Source: the human T2T-CHM13v2.0 reference genome, Homo sapiens
Assembly: GCF_009914755.1 (NCBI RefSeq)
Contig: NC_060934.1
DNA length: 64,000 nt
Direction: 5' to 3' (one strand)
Shown: piece after piece, positions 45,352-59,030 of the stretch
Layout: each line of letters begins with the position of its first letter
Numbering within the stretch: position 1 is the first letter of the stretch
Translations under genes and position numbers: made by a program
The notes under the pieces: generated by a model
The model's input: only the letters and a program-made list of their open reading frames with translations
Told to the model about the DNA's origin: nothing
The model's database searches: none

Positions 45352-48300
45352 TTAGTAATTTTTTTCCATTCAAATCTTCTTGCTCTTTTTTTTGGCAGGA
45401 GTGGGTAGCTTTATTGGTTGATGCATATTTTGAATCTTTGTCCTTTTTATCCTTTTCTCTCTAATAGCATTTATCTCTTTGTTCCTCTTTAAAAAATGGA
45501 ATTCTGAAGAGGTCTCTATATCTCTATATTCTCAGTCACACTTAATCCACTTTTTGTGGCTTCTAATAGGTCTCTGTGAAGATCTTTTTCATTTCTTTTC
45601 TGACCTTCACTGCCAGCTTGCACTTTCTTTTCTCCGGTTGTCTATATCTTCTTTGTTTTTCTTTTTTGTGTGTCTTATTGAGCTCTTTTCAGAATAATTA
45701 AACTGTCTGAATTTATGTAGAATGATTTGTCTAAACACTTCTGTTTTCCAGGTGAATTCCCTTCATCAACTCTTGTGTTCTTCTTTCACTCCGTAACTCT
45801 TCACCCTTCTTACTTTTTGTTGTTCTCTGTTGATTTCTTACTGGTTACCACTCATTTTTAAATGTGAACATCTCTTTCTTTGCCATATGTGTGCTGAAGA
45901 ATAGTAAGGTATGGGGGGGACAGTGAGCTAGGGCTATTCATAACTTATTTTAAGACTGTTTTCTTGTATGGACACCACATTCTGTTAGATTTTCTGTCCA
46001 AGTGTCATGTTTGTCTTCTATTTTTGGCACTGAGTGGGGAGTTTACTCATGGTGGAGCCCCTCAGGCCACAGGCCTTTTGAGTGGTGATATGGAAAGAAG
46101 TCCCTAAAGTCCCTTTTTCCTTCCCCAGCCCTTCAAGAACCCGTGGCCAGAAGGCTGGAACATGATCAAGTGGCACGTCACATGGTTCCTCCTTCAGCTC
46201 CCCTCCCCTGCCATTCTGCACTGACTCACTGAGAAGCTATTGGAATGTTATTCTGTTCTCACAAGGCTTGCCAGACCCCTGCCTCCCATCTTGATGTCTA
46301 ATAGGTCAATCTTTCAAGAACACTTGTGGGGAGACCTGTGTCCTGGTCTGGATCAGAGATGTGATGTATTAACTTTCAGAGTCCTCCTTCACCCCGGCCT
46401 ATGTTTTACGGTATTTGGTAGCTGTTCTTCTAATTTTGCATTTTGGGATTATGACCATTACTTTGCTTCACTGACAATGGAGACTTTGTAAGATCTCTTT
46501 TTTGTTCTTTTTTAAAAATAATTTTCCTGTAGGTTTCAAGGTAAGGAGTACCTTTTCTTTTGCCATATCTAACTGGGAGTTCATACATTAGGTATCAATT
46601 GACTTTGGTCAAATTAGTTTCTGCAGATGACCCTAAAAAATAAAATGCTGGGAAAAAGGGTAAATACTGTAGTTGCTTCTGAACAAAGTGTTTAACTGTA
46701 TATAGTTTTGTTATTTAATCAGAACTATATGTTTCTTACTCTAAAATTTGCATTGTGGCAATTCTAACACCATCAGCTGCCAAGAAGATGCATGCCACCC
46801 ATGTACCACCTTATTTATTTAAAATATATTTATTGAGTATGAACTGTATGCTATATGCATTGTGTTCATTACTGCTTCAAAAGGGCAGCATCAGTATGGA
46901 GAATGTTTTGATAATCTTTTCAGGTGAAACATAACAACTCACGGTAAACATCTGTCGTACCTTGTATAGAGCTGAAATCCAGCACACATTGATTGGTTAC
47001 TGTGTATATTTTAGTGATTAGTTTTGGAACTTAAAGAATGACACTTTTTCTCAGTTGTCCTTGGGGTCCTCACTCACTATTCATAGTTCATTGTTAGGAC
47101 TTTATTTTTATTTAGTCATATATAAGATAACGCCTACATTTTGGGCCCCTTTATTATTTTAGGGTAATAATCACATTACCCTAAAATCTCTAAAATAATT
47201 GAGAGACTTCTATAAACTCAGGAGAATTCAACACATTTTTGAGATCAAAGACAATAGTGTTATGGACCTGGGACAGAAAGACTTCTAATAGACACTAAAT
47301 AACTTATGTAAATAAACGTTTATAAGAACTTCACATTTGTGCGTTTGTGAGAGAGGCAGAATAGGAAACTGTTTTCTCAGCCTTTTGGTCTCAGTTCGTT
47401 TATCCTTTTGCAAATCTTGTTTTTGCATCCTTTTGTAAGTTTTGTTTTTGCATCCTTTTGTTTATTTTCATTACTTTCTTCTGGATGTTCTTCATATCTT
47501 TTAAGCATCCTGTCCCAACCTTTCTTGGTATTCCATTGATGATACTATGAATTCAGTCAGAACCCAAGAGAGATATTTACCTCATTCAAAGAGAAAAAAT
47601 CAGTTTCTCGGGATGTAATTGGCTCCTAAGTAAAAAATACTGAATTAATTCCCCAAAAGGATGAAGGTAAATAAGTTACTTAAGGCCTTTAAATGGATAG
47701 CTCAGCTTGCTATTAAGCAAGCTGTGCACGTGAAATGGGGAATAAGAATACCTGGAGTGGTAAACCTTGAGATGTGTCACTGATTTGAGTTAAATGGAGT
47801 GGAGAGAGGCTGTTTATCCTCACAATGAAGTAGGCGGCACAGTGAATACAGGACTGTTCAGAGCTCTTGAGCGGTTTATGAGTTTTTCTATGCTAGGAGG
47901 TAAGGCAGGTGCTTAAAATTACTGAGGTATATCCTAACTAATTACAGAATCCTAAAGTGAGAAGTGCTGATCAGTTGCGTTTGGAAGAGGAGCTGACAAT
48001 TAAACCTTCAGGCAAATGACAGACTAAAACTTGGAGCTGCGTCAGTCAAAAATATATTTATGCCAATCAAAATTGAAATAAGATTGCCATTCCTAAAATA
48101 TCCAAACATATAATATCTCTCAGCACAGAGAAGAGACCCAATAGGATCTCTTCCTTAGAGTGCTAATGAGTATTTTAAAAACTATAGCAGGACCATGGAG
48201 TACACTCAGCAGTGATTTGAGCATGGGTTGCAATATGAAAAGAAGAGAAAACAGACTGTTGGATGCTCACATAAGCCAAATGTTAAAGAGAAGCAGCAGT

Positions 48301-48687
48301 TACTAACAGGGCCAGAGATGCTTTCTTGAAATGTAACAGTCCTGGGGCTCTTTTCCAAGCCACTTATGCAAGACTTCATCCAGAATTTTGGGAAGTCCTT
48401 TCTAACTGGATTTTACAATTCCATGAGGAACAGGTTGACGAACCTTCTCTAAATGCATGCTTTTTTTTTTTTTTTTTCTTTTGGCCTTCTAGAGCTGCCA
48501 GACTTGATTTTCATGTTTGTGGTTTGGACATTTTGGGTGACTACATTGAAAACCCCCTTGAATTACAATGGCAAAGACATTCAAATCATGAACAAATGTC
48601 ACTTGAGCATGTGGGGCAGGTCTTCCATGGATTATTTATAATAACAAATTTCAGAGTGACTGCTGCAAGCTAAAGGAGATTTATACT

Positions 48688-49673
48688 GCACTTGACCTCT
48701 GGAGAGCTCTCATTTTATGAGGTCTCCAGGTCCCTGAGATGCCTGAAGATAGTACAATTTTCATAGTTATAGGAAAATAGGTTTACAACTAAGCCTGGAG
48801 TAATTTGAAGCTTTGGATTTCAGAGCTAAAAGGGACTCTCACCATCCTTATTTTCTTCACTCCCAGCAAAGACCCTTGGAGACCTATGCATTCTTTGGGT
48901 AGGACTTGCTGCACTAGGAAATTGAAGATGGCTGTGAATTTTACTGGCCCTAGTCTTATGTTTTCCCAGTGATTATCATGGATATTGGGGGCCTGTGGCC
49001 GAAGTGTTAGATGTTGGAGCTGAAAGGAAAGTCGGAGACAAACAAACACACCCTGAAAAAGTGCACAGGAAACAAGCATTTTGCTTCATAGTGTTTAGGA
49101 TTTCATACTGTGTTAAGCTTGGAATTACATCTGTGGCTTGGCATTAGCTCAGAGAATTATTGTCACCTTGCAATTGACTAATTTTTTTTTTTTTATAAAT
49201 TCCTCTAATGCATCTCTTAGCAGGTACTACAGCAATGAAAATCTTATTTGAAAGATAATCTCCATACAATCTAGGGCTTAATGTGTATTAGAATTTTCTA
49301 CTGATTTCACTATACACGGATCATATTTTCCCTACCTTTTATAATAAAACTAAATGCAATTGTTTAGTTAAAAGTACTCTCCCTCCACATTAGGTATACA
49401 TGTTTTTTTTGAAGATGCCTAATATTTGCATCTATAAAATCACTAATTTTCATAATTTCTTCAGTTTACCTTGCTGCTGAAAATCCATCTCTGTGTCAGC
49501 ACATTCATGCGGCACTTGACCTCTGGAGAGCTCTCATTTTATGAGGTCTCGAGGTCCCTGAGATGCCTGAAGATGGTACAGTTTTCATAGTTACAGAATA
49601 ATAGGTTTATAACTAAGCCCGGAGTAGGTTGAAGTTTTGGATCCGAGAGCTCAAAAGGACTCTCCCCATCCTT
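48688..49673 (+). repeat. 162-bp dispersed direct duplication (48688-48849 / 49512-49673)
   Basis: Ungapped alignment, ~17 mismatches by manual count. Confidence 0.95.
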
Positions 49674-50618
49674 GAAGGCTTTTAGGCCTGGTGTCCAATT
49701 AGAGGTTGACAAGGAATGGTGACTTTGGCAGCTACAATGGAATAGACATATGGAAAATTCTGGGTACTGTAATAGGCTGGACCCATTTCATTTTTATTCC
49801 AGTGGCTACATTTATATGTCAGTGACTAAACTTGTTTATCTTACAATGAAGTTATTCCCACAGAAATCCTTAGAATATTGAATATACACACCGCATTGGC
49901 AATAAATTGACTAAAAAATGTGAAGACAGGCAGAATTTGCATAATTTTGATGGTCTAAAGTAATGTTTTGATTTCACTAATTTATTTCGTAAAGAATTTC
50001 TTTTTCTTTTATAACCCACAGTCAACTGCTGTTAGTGTTAAATTTCCATGATGTAGTAATTGGCAAACTCTTGCTAGTTATTTCGGATGGCTCACAATGG
50101 GAACTTTCTTCATCTCAGGTTCAAAGTTGTTTCTAGACTGTGTGCACTCGGCATATAGAGAAACGAAGTGCTGAATAGCTATCCAGTTGATTAGGTCATT
50201 GTAGGAAGCCAATGTGGGCGATCTGATCCGGTGCTGAGGAACAGTGGGGAAAGAATAATACGAGAAAGAGGCAGGAACCGCAAAGTAACCGAAAGGCCAG
50301 GCTTTGAATCTCCTGTATTCCTCCCCTTGGCAGGCTTATTTGCCTGCACATCAAGATCAGTCAACTGTAAGCAATAAAAGAAGTTTTTAGACCAGGCTGG
50401 GTTCCCTTAGAAGAGTCAGCCTCCTTGGTGCTGGTGGCTCATATTTGTTCTCTGAGTACCTGGCACTGGCCCCCTAGCCTGCGAGAGATTTAAACTGACC
50501 CCTTGTACCCATTCTAATCTCCTGTGGTTTTTCTATTTCAAACCCACTGCTCTGGGTGGGAGCCACCTCCCACTTGGATTCTGGCTTACTCCTCCAGGAA
50601 GATCTTTGATTATCAAGT

Positions 50619-50620
<2 letters not shown>

Positions 50621-50660
<40 letters not shown>
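50621..50660. repeat. (GT)20 microsatellite
   Basis: Read directly. Confidence 0.97.
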
Positions 50661-50663
<3 letters not shown>

Positions 50664-52234
50664 TGTATACATGTGTTCATGCATGCCCATTATGGCTACT
50701 TATCAACTGTTGACCTACCAACTTAGCCCAAACACTCGATTTTTCATATTTTCTGGTTTCATGGTTTTGTGCCTTCAAGGAACCCCAAATTCCCACCCAG
50801 CCAATGGAAATGGCAAGCAGTTGTACTTTCACCATTTGCAAGGCAACTTTCTGAAACATCCTTCTCTCCTCTAATTGGATCTGTTTCCTTCTCTGTCTCC
50901 AGGACTTATGTCTTAACTCATAACCCCTGAACATCTGAATGGAGTGAGACACTCCAAGCCAAGTGTAAGTTTTAACATAGCAAACACCATCCCTCGATTT
51001 CCAGAGAGGAGCCCCTGAGTGCCCCTCCTGTTTGATGAGAAGCAGGTGCAGAATAGGCTGCTTTAATCAGTGCTAAACGCACACGTCTTACTGAAACCTG
51101 AATATGCTGTGCTTCACAATACCGTGGTTTGATGGCAAATGCAGATGATGAAGAGAACACTACGCACTCCATTAACAAGTGTGTTGTAGCTCAGTCATAA
51201 CTAATGATAATGAAGCGCTGACTGAACGCTCAGTGCTAATACTCGATTGAACTGGAGAGCCTCCAGCTGTCAATGTGATATTCTGGATACAATAAAAAAT
51301 AGATTAGATTCTCACCAGGCCGTGCTAGGGCTCCATCCTAAGAACCCTCTGTTGAGACGTATGCAAGAATATTCCTAAAATGGCATGAATAACATCTTGG
51401 CTTGAAATGTTAATATTGAAAATGTGCCTGACTGTTAATTTTGATAATGTTTTCTGAAGTCTGAATGTTATGGGGATTTCCCATTTTTCCTATAAAACCA
51501 TTCCTTGGCGACTTTTTGTGATTATTCCGAAAATGATTAGAGAAGCAGTAGAGAGCAGAGGTCGAGATCAAAGTTATAGAAATCAGGATTACCTGGTTTT
51601 CGATCGAAGTCCTATCATTTTTTTTGGTTGTGTGATCTTGGGCCTTAGTTTCCACTTTTGTAAAATTGGGAAAACAACAGAACTTTCCTCCTCCAGCTGT
51701 TGTGAGGATTTGACAATGCTCTGTTCCTGTAATGACGGAAATTGCCAGATGAATTGCACCTCCAGAGTTGGAGTATTCTGGTCTATTTAAATATGGCTTT
51801 AGAAAAATAATCCAGAAACTTCTGCATAGGACATTTAAATCTGGGATGAGTTTGCAAATGGTGTCAGTGTCCCAAATGAGGTTAAGTCCAGGTCAAGGCA
51901 ATCATAATACTTCAAATTCAACAAGTTCTCTAGGCTGCAGACACCACTATTTTTTTGTGCAAGTTTACATTATTAGGACTTAACACAGTACTTGGCATAT
52001 AGTAGGCATAAAAGAACAATAAAAATGACCCAACAACTGGTCTCCCTGCCTCCAGTTTTGCCTTCTTCCTAATCTTGTTTTACTGCCAATGTTTTCTTTC
52101 TAAATGCAAATCTAAACCTGTTTCCAGCTTGCTTACCGCAATCAAGAAAGAGGTGCTCTTTGTTTACCAGGAGCACCAGCTGTCTGAATGATCTAAGTCT
52201 AGAACCTCCAGGCTCTACCCACTGGTGGAGCTGG

Positions 52235-52675
52235 TGTCAAAGGAGGGCCATTAGCCGGCTCCCAGTGGGAAGTGGATGGCATACTCAATGTGGGTCACTT
52301 AAGCATCATAAATAGATTATTTGCCAAGATATAGGAAAGGATTTAGAGACACCAATAAGGGATAATCCAGTACCTTGGCTGCTCTTACCTCCCTAGGCCT
52401 GCCGGAGCAAGGAGGGGGCAGTTACTGGAACCTAGGAGGCTTCCTGACAGGAGCTGTGGCCTTCGGCAGTGGAAGAGAAGGAGGTGGGAAATAAACCCTA
52501 AACCTCACTTTCCTCCTGTCTTTGGTTCTCCTACTGGTGACTCCCATTGGACAATCCTAGCTGGAAACCAGAATGCCGAGGAGCTGTGAACACAGGCCAG
52601 ACTGTGGGTTCCAGGCATCAGAGCAGGGTGAGGAAGGGTGATGATTGGGTTTGGAGGGCCAAACATAGATAGCCT
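52235..52675 (-). mobile_element. ERVL-type solo LTR (LTR41-like)
   Basis: CCCATTGGACAATCCTAGCTGGAAACCAG...CAGAGCAGGGTGAGGAAGGGTG...TGGAGGGCCAAAC. Confidence 0.6.
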
Positions 52676-53640
52676 CAAAGGTTCACCTCACTTGAACCCC
52701 ATGGAAGGAGCTCCTTTTAAGGAGAAAGGGTGAGAAAGGCATGCTGGGCAAACACACATTGTGGAGATCTCTCATCTACATGGAGAAGCTACTGGAATCA
52801 GCATCTCTTGATGTTGAGTCCAATGTTCTTCAACTACACAGTTGCCTGATGTTCAGAACTTGTCCTGTGACTACTGATGTCATATCTTATGAGACTCCTT
52901 GGAAATTGCACCTGAAATTTTATTTATGCCTGGCTTTTAAATACCTATAATTTAACTTCTTTAATTTGGACCTTCCTTATAAACCTCAGAGTATATTTTT
53001 AGTTGCTTTTCACATGTCTTCCATCTCCCATAGGTAATTTATACTACTTAGTATTTAGAAGTTACCTATTGGATAGCATGGTTCTTAGATCAATCTTAGA
53101 CAATTCTCTGGGTGGAATCTGACATATCTGGTGGTAGATTTATACTTTTCCCATTGGATCCTTGTGTGCCCTCTTCTATAAAGTTTTCAGGTCACAATTG
53201 ATGGGCTTTTTTTTTGAATAGATATCTAATTCACTCAATCAGTTTCACCTTATGTAGAGAGAATCAATCTGCTGAGTTTTCTAGACATTAGCAATACATA
53301 AAAATCCTATAATAAAGTATGCTATCATCTCTTTTTGAAAATGAGAAATGAGGCATGACAATTTCTTTCTAAAGCAATAATCAAGAAAGAGAGCCCTGCG
53401 TTTAATTCATTATGTGAGTCCACAGAAAGAGCAAGGGAAAAATAAATAATTTCACCCATCTGAGTCAACTTCAAGCCTAAAATTATAGGTTCTTGCAACT
53501 TTGACTTAATTGCTATCACAAAGAAGCACAAGTTGCTGTGATCAGATATCTCACAGAATACAAAAGCACTAATCCTTGACATTTCAGAAAGTCATATCAT
53601 TATATTTGCCCCAACCTGTACTGATTTTCTTTTACAGTGA

Positions 53641-53722
53641 ATTTATATATATATGTATATATACACATATATATACACATACATATATATATATACACAT
53701 ATATATACATATATGTATATAT
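53641..53722. repeat. (TA)/(CA) compound microsatellite
   Basis: Read directly. Confidence 0.93.
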
Positions 53723-56154
53723 CAGAATTGAAGAAAAAGCCAAAACTTGGGATATTTAAATGAAAGTCCTGTTACCAAAACACAGCCTGTAACAGATGAT
53801 AAGAACTCAGCTCATGGCATTTCCCAGTATCTACATTTACAATGAATAATGAATATTCTTATTAACATCAGGGCTTGGCTAATTTGAAAGCTACACACTT
53901 TCTTAATACCAAAAATCTTAGCCTCAGTCTTTATGGCCTGTCATCAAAGTCAGTATGGTGGTTGGAATGTGGGCTGGGAACTCAGGGCAGGAGAAAGGTC
54001 CCTCCCACGGTCATGAACACCAGAGGGAATAACTGTGGTGAGTGGGCACTGGGCACTGGGATGGGGAGGTGACACCTGTACTGCCGTCCTTCAGGCCTGT
54101 GACCCACGGAATTGCTTCCTCATCTTGGAGTCCTGTTCCAACTCTGTCCTTATTTTTAATGCCACAGTTTCACTCATTTTCACCTTTTATTCACTTTATA
54201 AAAATTGTGAAATATTTCAAGCAAGCATGCAGTTCAAACAATAACATTCATATATCCGTCTCACAGCTTTCTCAAATATTATATTTTTATCATGGTTGCT
54301 TCAGATTTTGTTCTTTTTTGTAAGAAAGAAACCTCAAAAAAAAAAAAAAAAAAACAAAAGAGAGAGAGAGAGAAAGAAGAGTATTTCTGGAGACGAGCAG
54401 GACAGGACCTCAAGTCCCTACTCCAGCCTTTGGTTCATTCTCTGAGGTTATTTATAACCATGTGAGGGGCTTTCTCTTGCCCAGTCTACTATTATTATTG
54501 TTGTTGTAACTATCTCCAGGGCCCAGCCAGCCCATATTCCCAACCATCCCATACCCCTTGGATGCCATTTGCAGATCCCTCATTATTAGTGGGATTGGGC
54601 ATCATTTCATATTGTTTTTGGCAGTTCAGTCTTTCTTTTCTGGGCTGTCCTCTTTTGTTATTGATTTGTAAGGATAAAGAATCCTTTATCCTTTTATGTG
54701 GTATGTAATAGATATTGATCCATTGTCAGTGAAGTAAGTTGCAAATATCTTCAGCTGTGGCTTGCTTTCTATATTTATAGTATCCTTTATAAAATAAAGA
54801 CCTTTAAAGTGGAAAGTCTCTAGCTATATCAATCAAACCTTTTGTGGTTTATCGTCTCTGTGTTGCTTTAATTACAGGCTAGTGAGGGAAGTCTTTCCTG
54901 CCAGGAGATGTTCATTGAAGTGCAGACTGCTCGGAGCCACACCGCAGGCTGGCAGAGGAAGTGTCTCGGTGTTGCCTTGGCCCGTTCACCCCCTGCCAGG
55001 CCAGTAGAGGAGCTGAAGAGTCTTCGCCATGGTTTGAGAAAAAGGTCTGGAGCCCCATGCTGTTCTCAGATCACCAGGACACCTGGAGATGGCAGAGTCT
55101 CAGCATTCTAACCACAGCACAGCCCCCACCGAATGAGGGGCCTGGTCTACAGAGCTCCTCAAACTCCACTTTCTCCATCTCCCTGTTGCCTTCCCTCTCC
55201 CATGTCCCCAGTGTCACACAGTTGGCAAGTGCCAGACCCATGCCTGAGACTAGCCTGGCAACCCCAATCTGTTTCAGCACAAGAAAGCAGGCAAGGTGTG
55301 GGGAACAAATGTGCCATTTGGAGGTGCCTATGGTTTTCAACCCATGAAAGAAAAGGCAGACATCACTTTGTAAAAGCAATGAGGAAGACAGATCTAAATG
55401 TCCTTGGGAAAAAGCCTTTCTAAAAAGCAACCAAAGACTCTATACTGACAATACACATTTCCAAGGCGATCCTAAGAAATCCATTTGTGTAATCAGCTGA
55501 TAATTTCTTTCTTTCTCCAAAGTGGCTCTGAGCTCAATTCAGACTGAAAAACTCAATAGAGAGTCCTAGAGCCTGTAATCAATGCTTTTTGCTGGGGGAC
55601 CCTGGGCACTCTTTCTGTCATTCAGAAGCATTCATTTAACCTTGATATCATGGGAGGTGGGGTGACAGGAAGGGCTTCTCTCTACTTTCTCCCTGCTTGG
55701 TAGCAAATCTGTGTGAAGACACATTTCATTTCATATCAGCTGGCCTGTCCTAACAGGCCCCGCATAGGCAGGGACGGAAGTGTCACAGCTTGGCAGCCCT
55801 TCTCAGAGCGTGGACTCGCCTCTAATCAAGCTCTCCATTGCATTTAAAAGAATGAGAAGCTCATCCTTCCTGTCAATAATGTGTGGCTGTGGTCTGGAAT
55901 CTTACTGGCCTTAGGTCTTCGTGGGCATTCTGATCTGTGTCTGAGAGTTGCCCTGGAGTGCCACCGAATGAGATTGTCAGCTGGTTTGGGCACTGGGGTG
56001 TGGAATGATGTATATAGTGACATCTTGTAATTTGATTTTGCTTTCAAAAGGTAAAAGAAACCTATCATTTATTGGGAGCCTCTGTATGTCACTTTCCATA
56101 TAGCATCATGTTGAGCCCTCTAACAATCCTGGGAAGGAGGAGAGTGTGTCTCCA

Positions 56155-56650
56155 TTTTTTTACATAGACTTTTAAATTGAGAGCAATTTTAGGTTTGTAG
56201 AAAAATTGCAAAGATAGTACAGAGAGTTGCCATCTACCCCATAGCCAGATGGCCCTCTAGTTAACATCTTACATGAGTATGGTATATTTGTACAAAGAAT
56301 AAATCAATATTGACATAATATTATTGACCAAAGTCCACACTGTATTCAAAACTTCTTTAGTTTTTAGCCTAATAGTCTTATTTTCCGTTCCAGGATCCTA
56401 TTCAGGATCCCACATTCCATTTGGCTGACATGTCTCTTTAGGTGCCTCTCAGCTATGATGGTTTCTTGTACTTTCCTTGTCTTTGATGACTTTGACAGCT
56501 TTGAGGAGTACTGTTCAAGTATCTGTAGATTGTCCCTTAATTGGAGATATTGTTTGACATCTTCCTCATGATTAGACTTGGGTGATGGGTTTTTGAGAGA
56601 AAGACACAGAGATAAAGTACCATTCTCATCACATCATATCAAGTATATGC
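56155..56650 (-). mobile_element. L1MC/L1MD-type 3' end nested in a MIR (~56065-56770)
   Basis: GAAAAATTGCAAAGATAGTACAGAGAGTT...; the MIR resumes at GATGAGGAAACTGAG. Confidence 0.8.
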
Positions 56651-58399
56651 CATTTTTGCTGATGAGGAAACTGAGTCTCAGAGGACAGTGACCTGCCCAG
56701 CTCTCCAGGAAGCTCCGGTACCAATTTGAATCCAGCTCTGCCTGGTCTTCAAGTCCATGCTCCCTTCATTCCATGATATCACCCTCTCTCAGGTGATGAG
56801 GGAAAACCAGGCTTGAGAGAGACAACCAGGTTGCAGAAAGGTGGACCCCTCCTTCAAACAGCCATCTCTTCCTGTGCTATGCCCCTTCTCCGTCTATCTT
56901 ACTGGTATAGTTGTTTGGAGTTTTAGGGGTCAAGTAAGAGGGTGGAGAGTTGTGTCGAAAGTGGCGGTGGGGTGTCCAAGCCAACTGGAAAAGGCCAGAT
57001 GTTCCTTCTGCCCTCAATTAAATGCCCACTCCCATTTGAGGTTAAAATGCCTATTTCCTTCAAGTTCCATTTAACTTGCCATACTTGAAAGTGATAGTTC
57101 TGGCAGGCTTATTAGCCCAGGCAATGTTCTCTTAGGCTCTAGTCACCTGAACACCACCTCTACAATTTTTGTTGTATTTCCAAACTACATGAGCTATTAT
57201 TTACTTAATTAAAAATGTAATGTCATCCCAAGCAATACCACACAATGAAAGATTTTATGTGCCAGTTATGTTTTTTCCCAACTCACATTAAAATAGGTAC
57301 TCAACTATTGTTATTATTAATAAATCCTCGTCCTTTGCTCCTACCATGTACGTGGCAATCACTAGTAGTGTCTGTATCCCACTCCAGAACTGCTGAGTCA
57401 CCCAACAGTGGAGGTTGGGAGGAGTAATGGTCTCTTTTTATTTCTTTATAAAATAACTTTTACAAATCAAGGCACATAATTTTTAAAACTCCAATAGCAA
57501 GGTCAGGAAAATGAGCAGTCTTCCCTGGAGCCGCTCAGTTCTACCCCCAGGGATAGTGACTTTTACCTCTCTGAGCTGCTGCTTCCACTTTTTCCTTCCT
57601 CTTGCCCAACGCTGTGCGGTGGCAGGTGCTGCTGGTGCCCTGCCTGTGTCCCTGGGGCTTGCCACTCTAGTGCCGAAGGCCTGTCTTCTCACTGCCAGGG
57701 CCTGGGTTCTTGGTATTGGCACCTTCTCTTGCCCCTGGAGCGCGCTCTTCCTCCCCTACAGTAGGCAGAGAATGTGGGGAAATGGATGCCCCTTGGGAGC
57801 TACCCTCACCCAGCCACAGAGAAGCATTTATGCAGCCAGGCCCTGGCTCCATTGCCTCTTGGCAGGGGACCTCTGATGTGTGAGTGTTATACTGGCTCCC
57901 CAAGCCTCCCCTGCAGCATTAAGCTCCAGTCGCCCACAGGGGAGGCAGGAATATTGTACTTTTGTTAGCTGTCTTCCTAGTGGTCAACTCTGCTTCTCAC
58001 CTTGCACCTCATTTCACTGTGTGCAAGTCTGGATTTCTTCCCAGGCTGGAAACTTGTTCAGTGCAGGGATTATGTTTTTCCCTTTAGGCCCGGTGCAATG
58101 CCTGTCATATAAGAGCTACTCAATCAATGCTTGTTGGATGAAGAGCAGGCTACATGAACAAGGATGAAGAGATTTCCTGGGCTGGTTTGTACCTGGTGAT
58201 GCATGATGCTGTAACAGGGTAGCCGTGTCTGCAGCTTTTCTACATAATTGTATTTTACTTAAGTTCCTTTGATTGAAAACCATAGGAACTGACTCTGGGT
58301 AACTTAAGAGAAGGGAATATACTGGAAGGCTACTGTGAAAGCTCATGGAATTGAGGGAGGAGCTGGAGCCAGGTCAGCTCTAGGATGGAACAAGGACAA

Positions 58400-59030
58400 C
58401 AATTACAGTAATAGCAGCTAACATTTACTGAACACTTCTACATGTCAGGCTCTGGGCCATAAATGTCATCTGATCTACTTTCACAGCAACCCCATGAAGT
58501 CATTATCGTTTTTATCATCCCCATTTTGCCATTGAGCTACTTGGGGCAGAGAGGTTAGAACCCAGGCAGGCTGACTTCAGAGCTTCTATTTTGAACACAC
58601 ATGGATGCCTCTGCAGCAGGCCTTCTGGATCAACTTTCTAGGTTGCCACCTTTGAGAGTCAGCTACGATGGCATCCAGTCTGTCTCTCTCCTTTCTAAGT
58701 TTCAAATTCTTGGGAAAAACCATTAAGTTGGCTCGACCTCAATCAGTGCTGAACAAGAGGCAGAGTCAAGTGGTATAAATACGACCCCTGGGGGCCCACT
58801 CTGTGTACTGAACCATTTCCAGGGGAGGAAGAATAGGATCTGGGGAGTGTCCCCCTCTTTCCTGCTCTTGAAGCTTTTGTCTTCTACATCTATGTTTCCA
58901 ATGTACAAATTATAGTTCTCAAAGTGTGACCCCTGGACCAGCTGCATCAGCATCGCCTGAAACCTGATAGAAATACTAATTCATTTGCTCCATCCTGGAC
59001 CTGTGGAACCTTAACCTCTTGGGGTGAGGT
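58400..59030. mobile_element. MIR (58400-58600), MLT1-like remnants and MER5A (58912-59030)
   Basis: AATAGCAGCTAACATTTACTGA; GTTCTCAAAGTGTGACCCCTGGACCAGCTGCATCAGCATC. Confidence 0.7.

Noticed and set aside
46520-46950. Plus-strand micro-exons (TAG|GTTTCAAG|GTAAGG; CAG|...ACG|GTAAAC)
   Set aside because: Splice-like motifs are common by chance; no reading-frame or transcript support.
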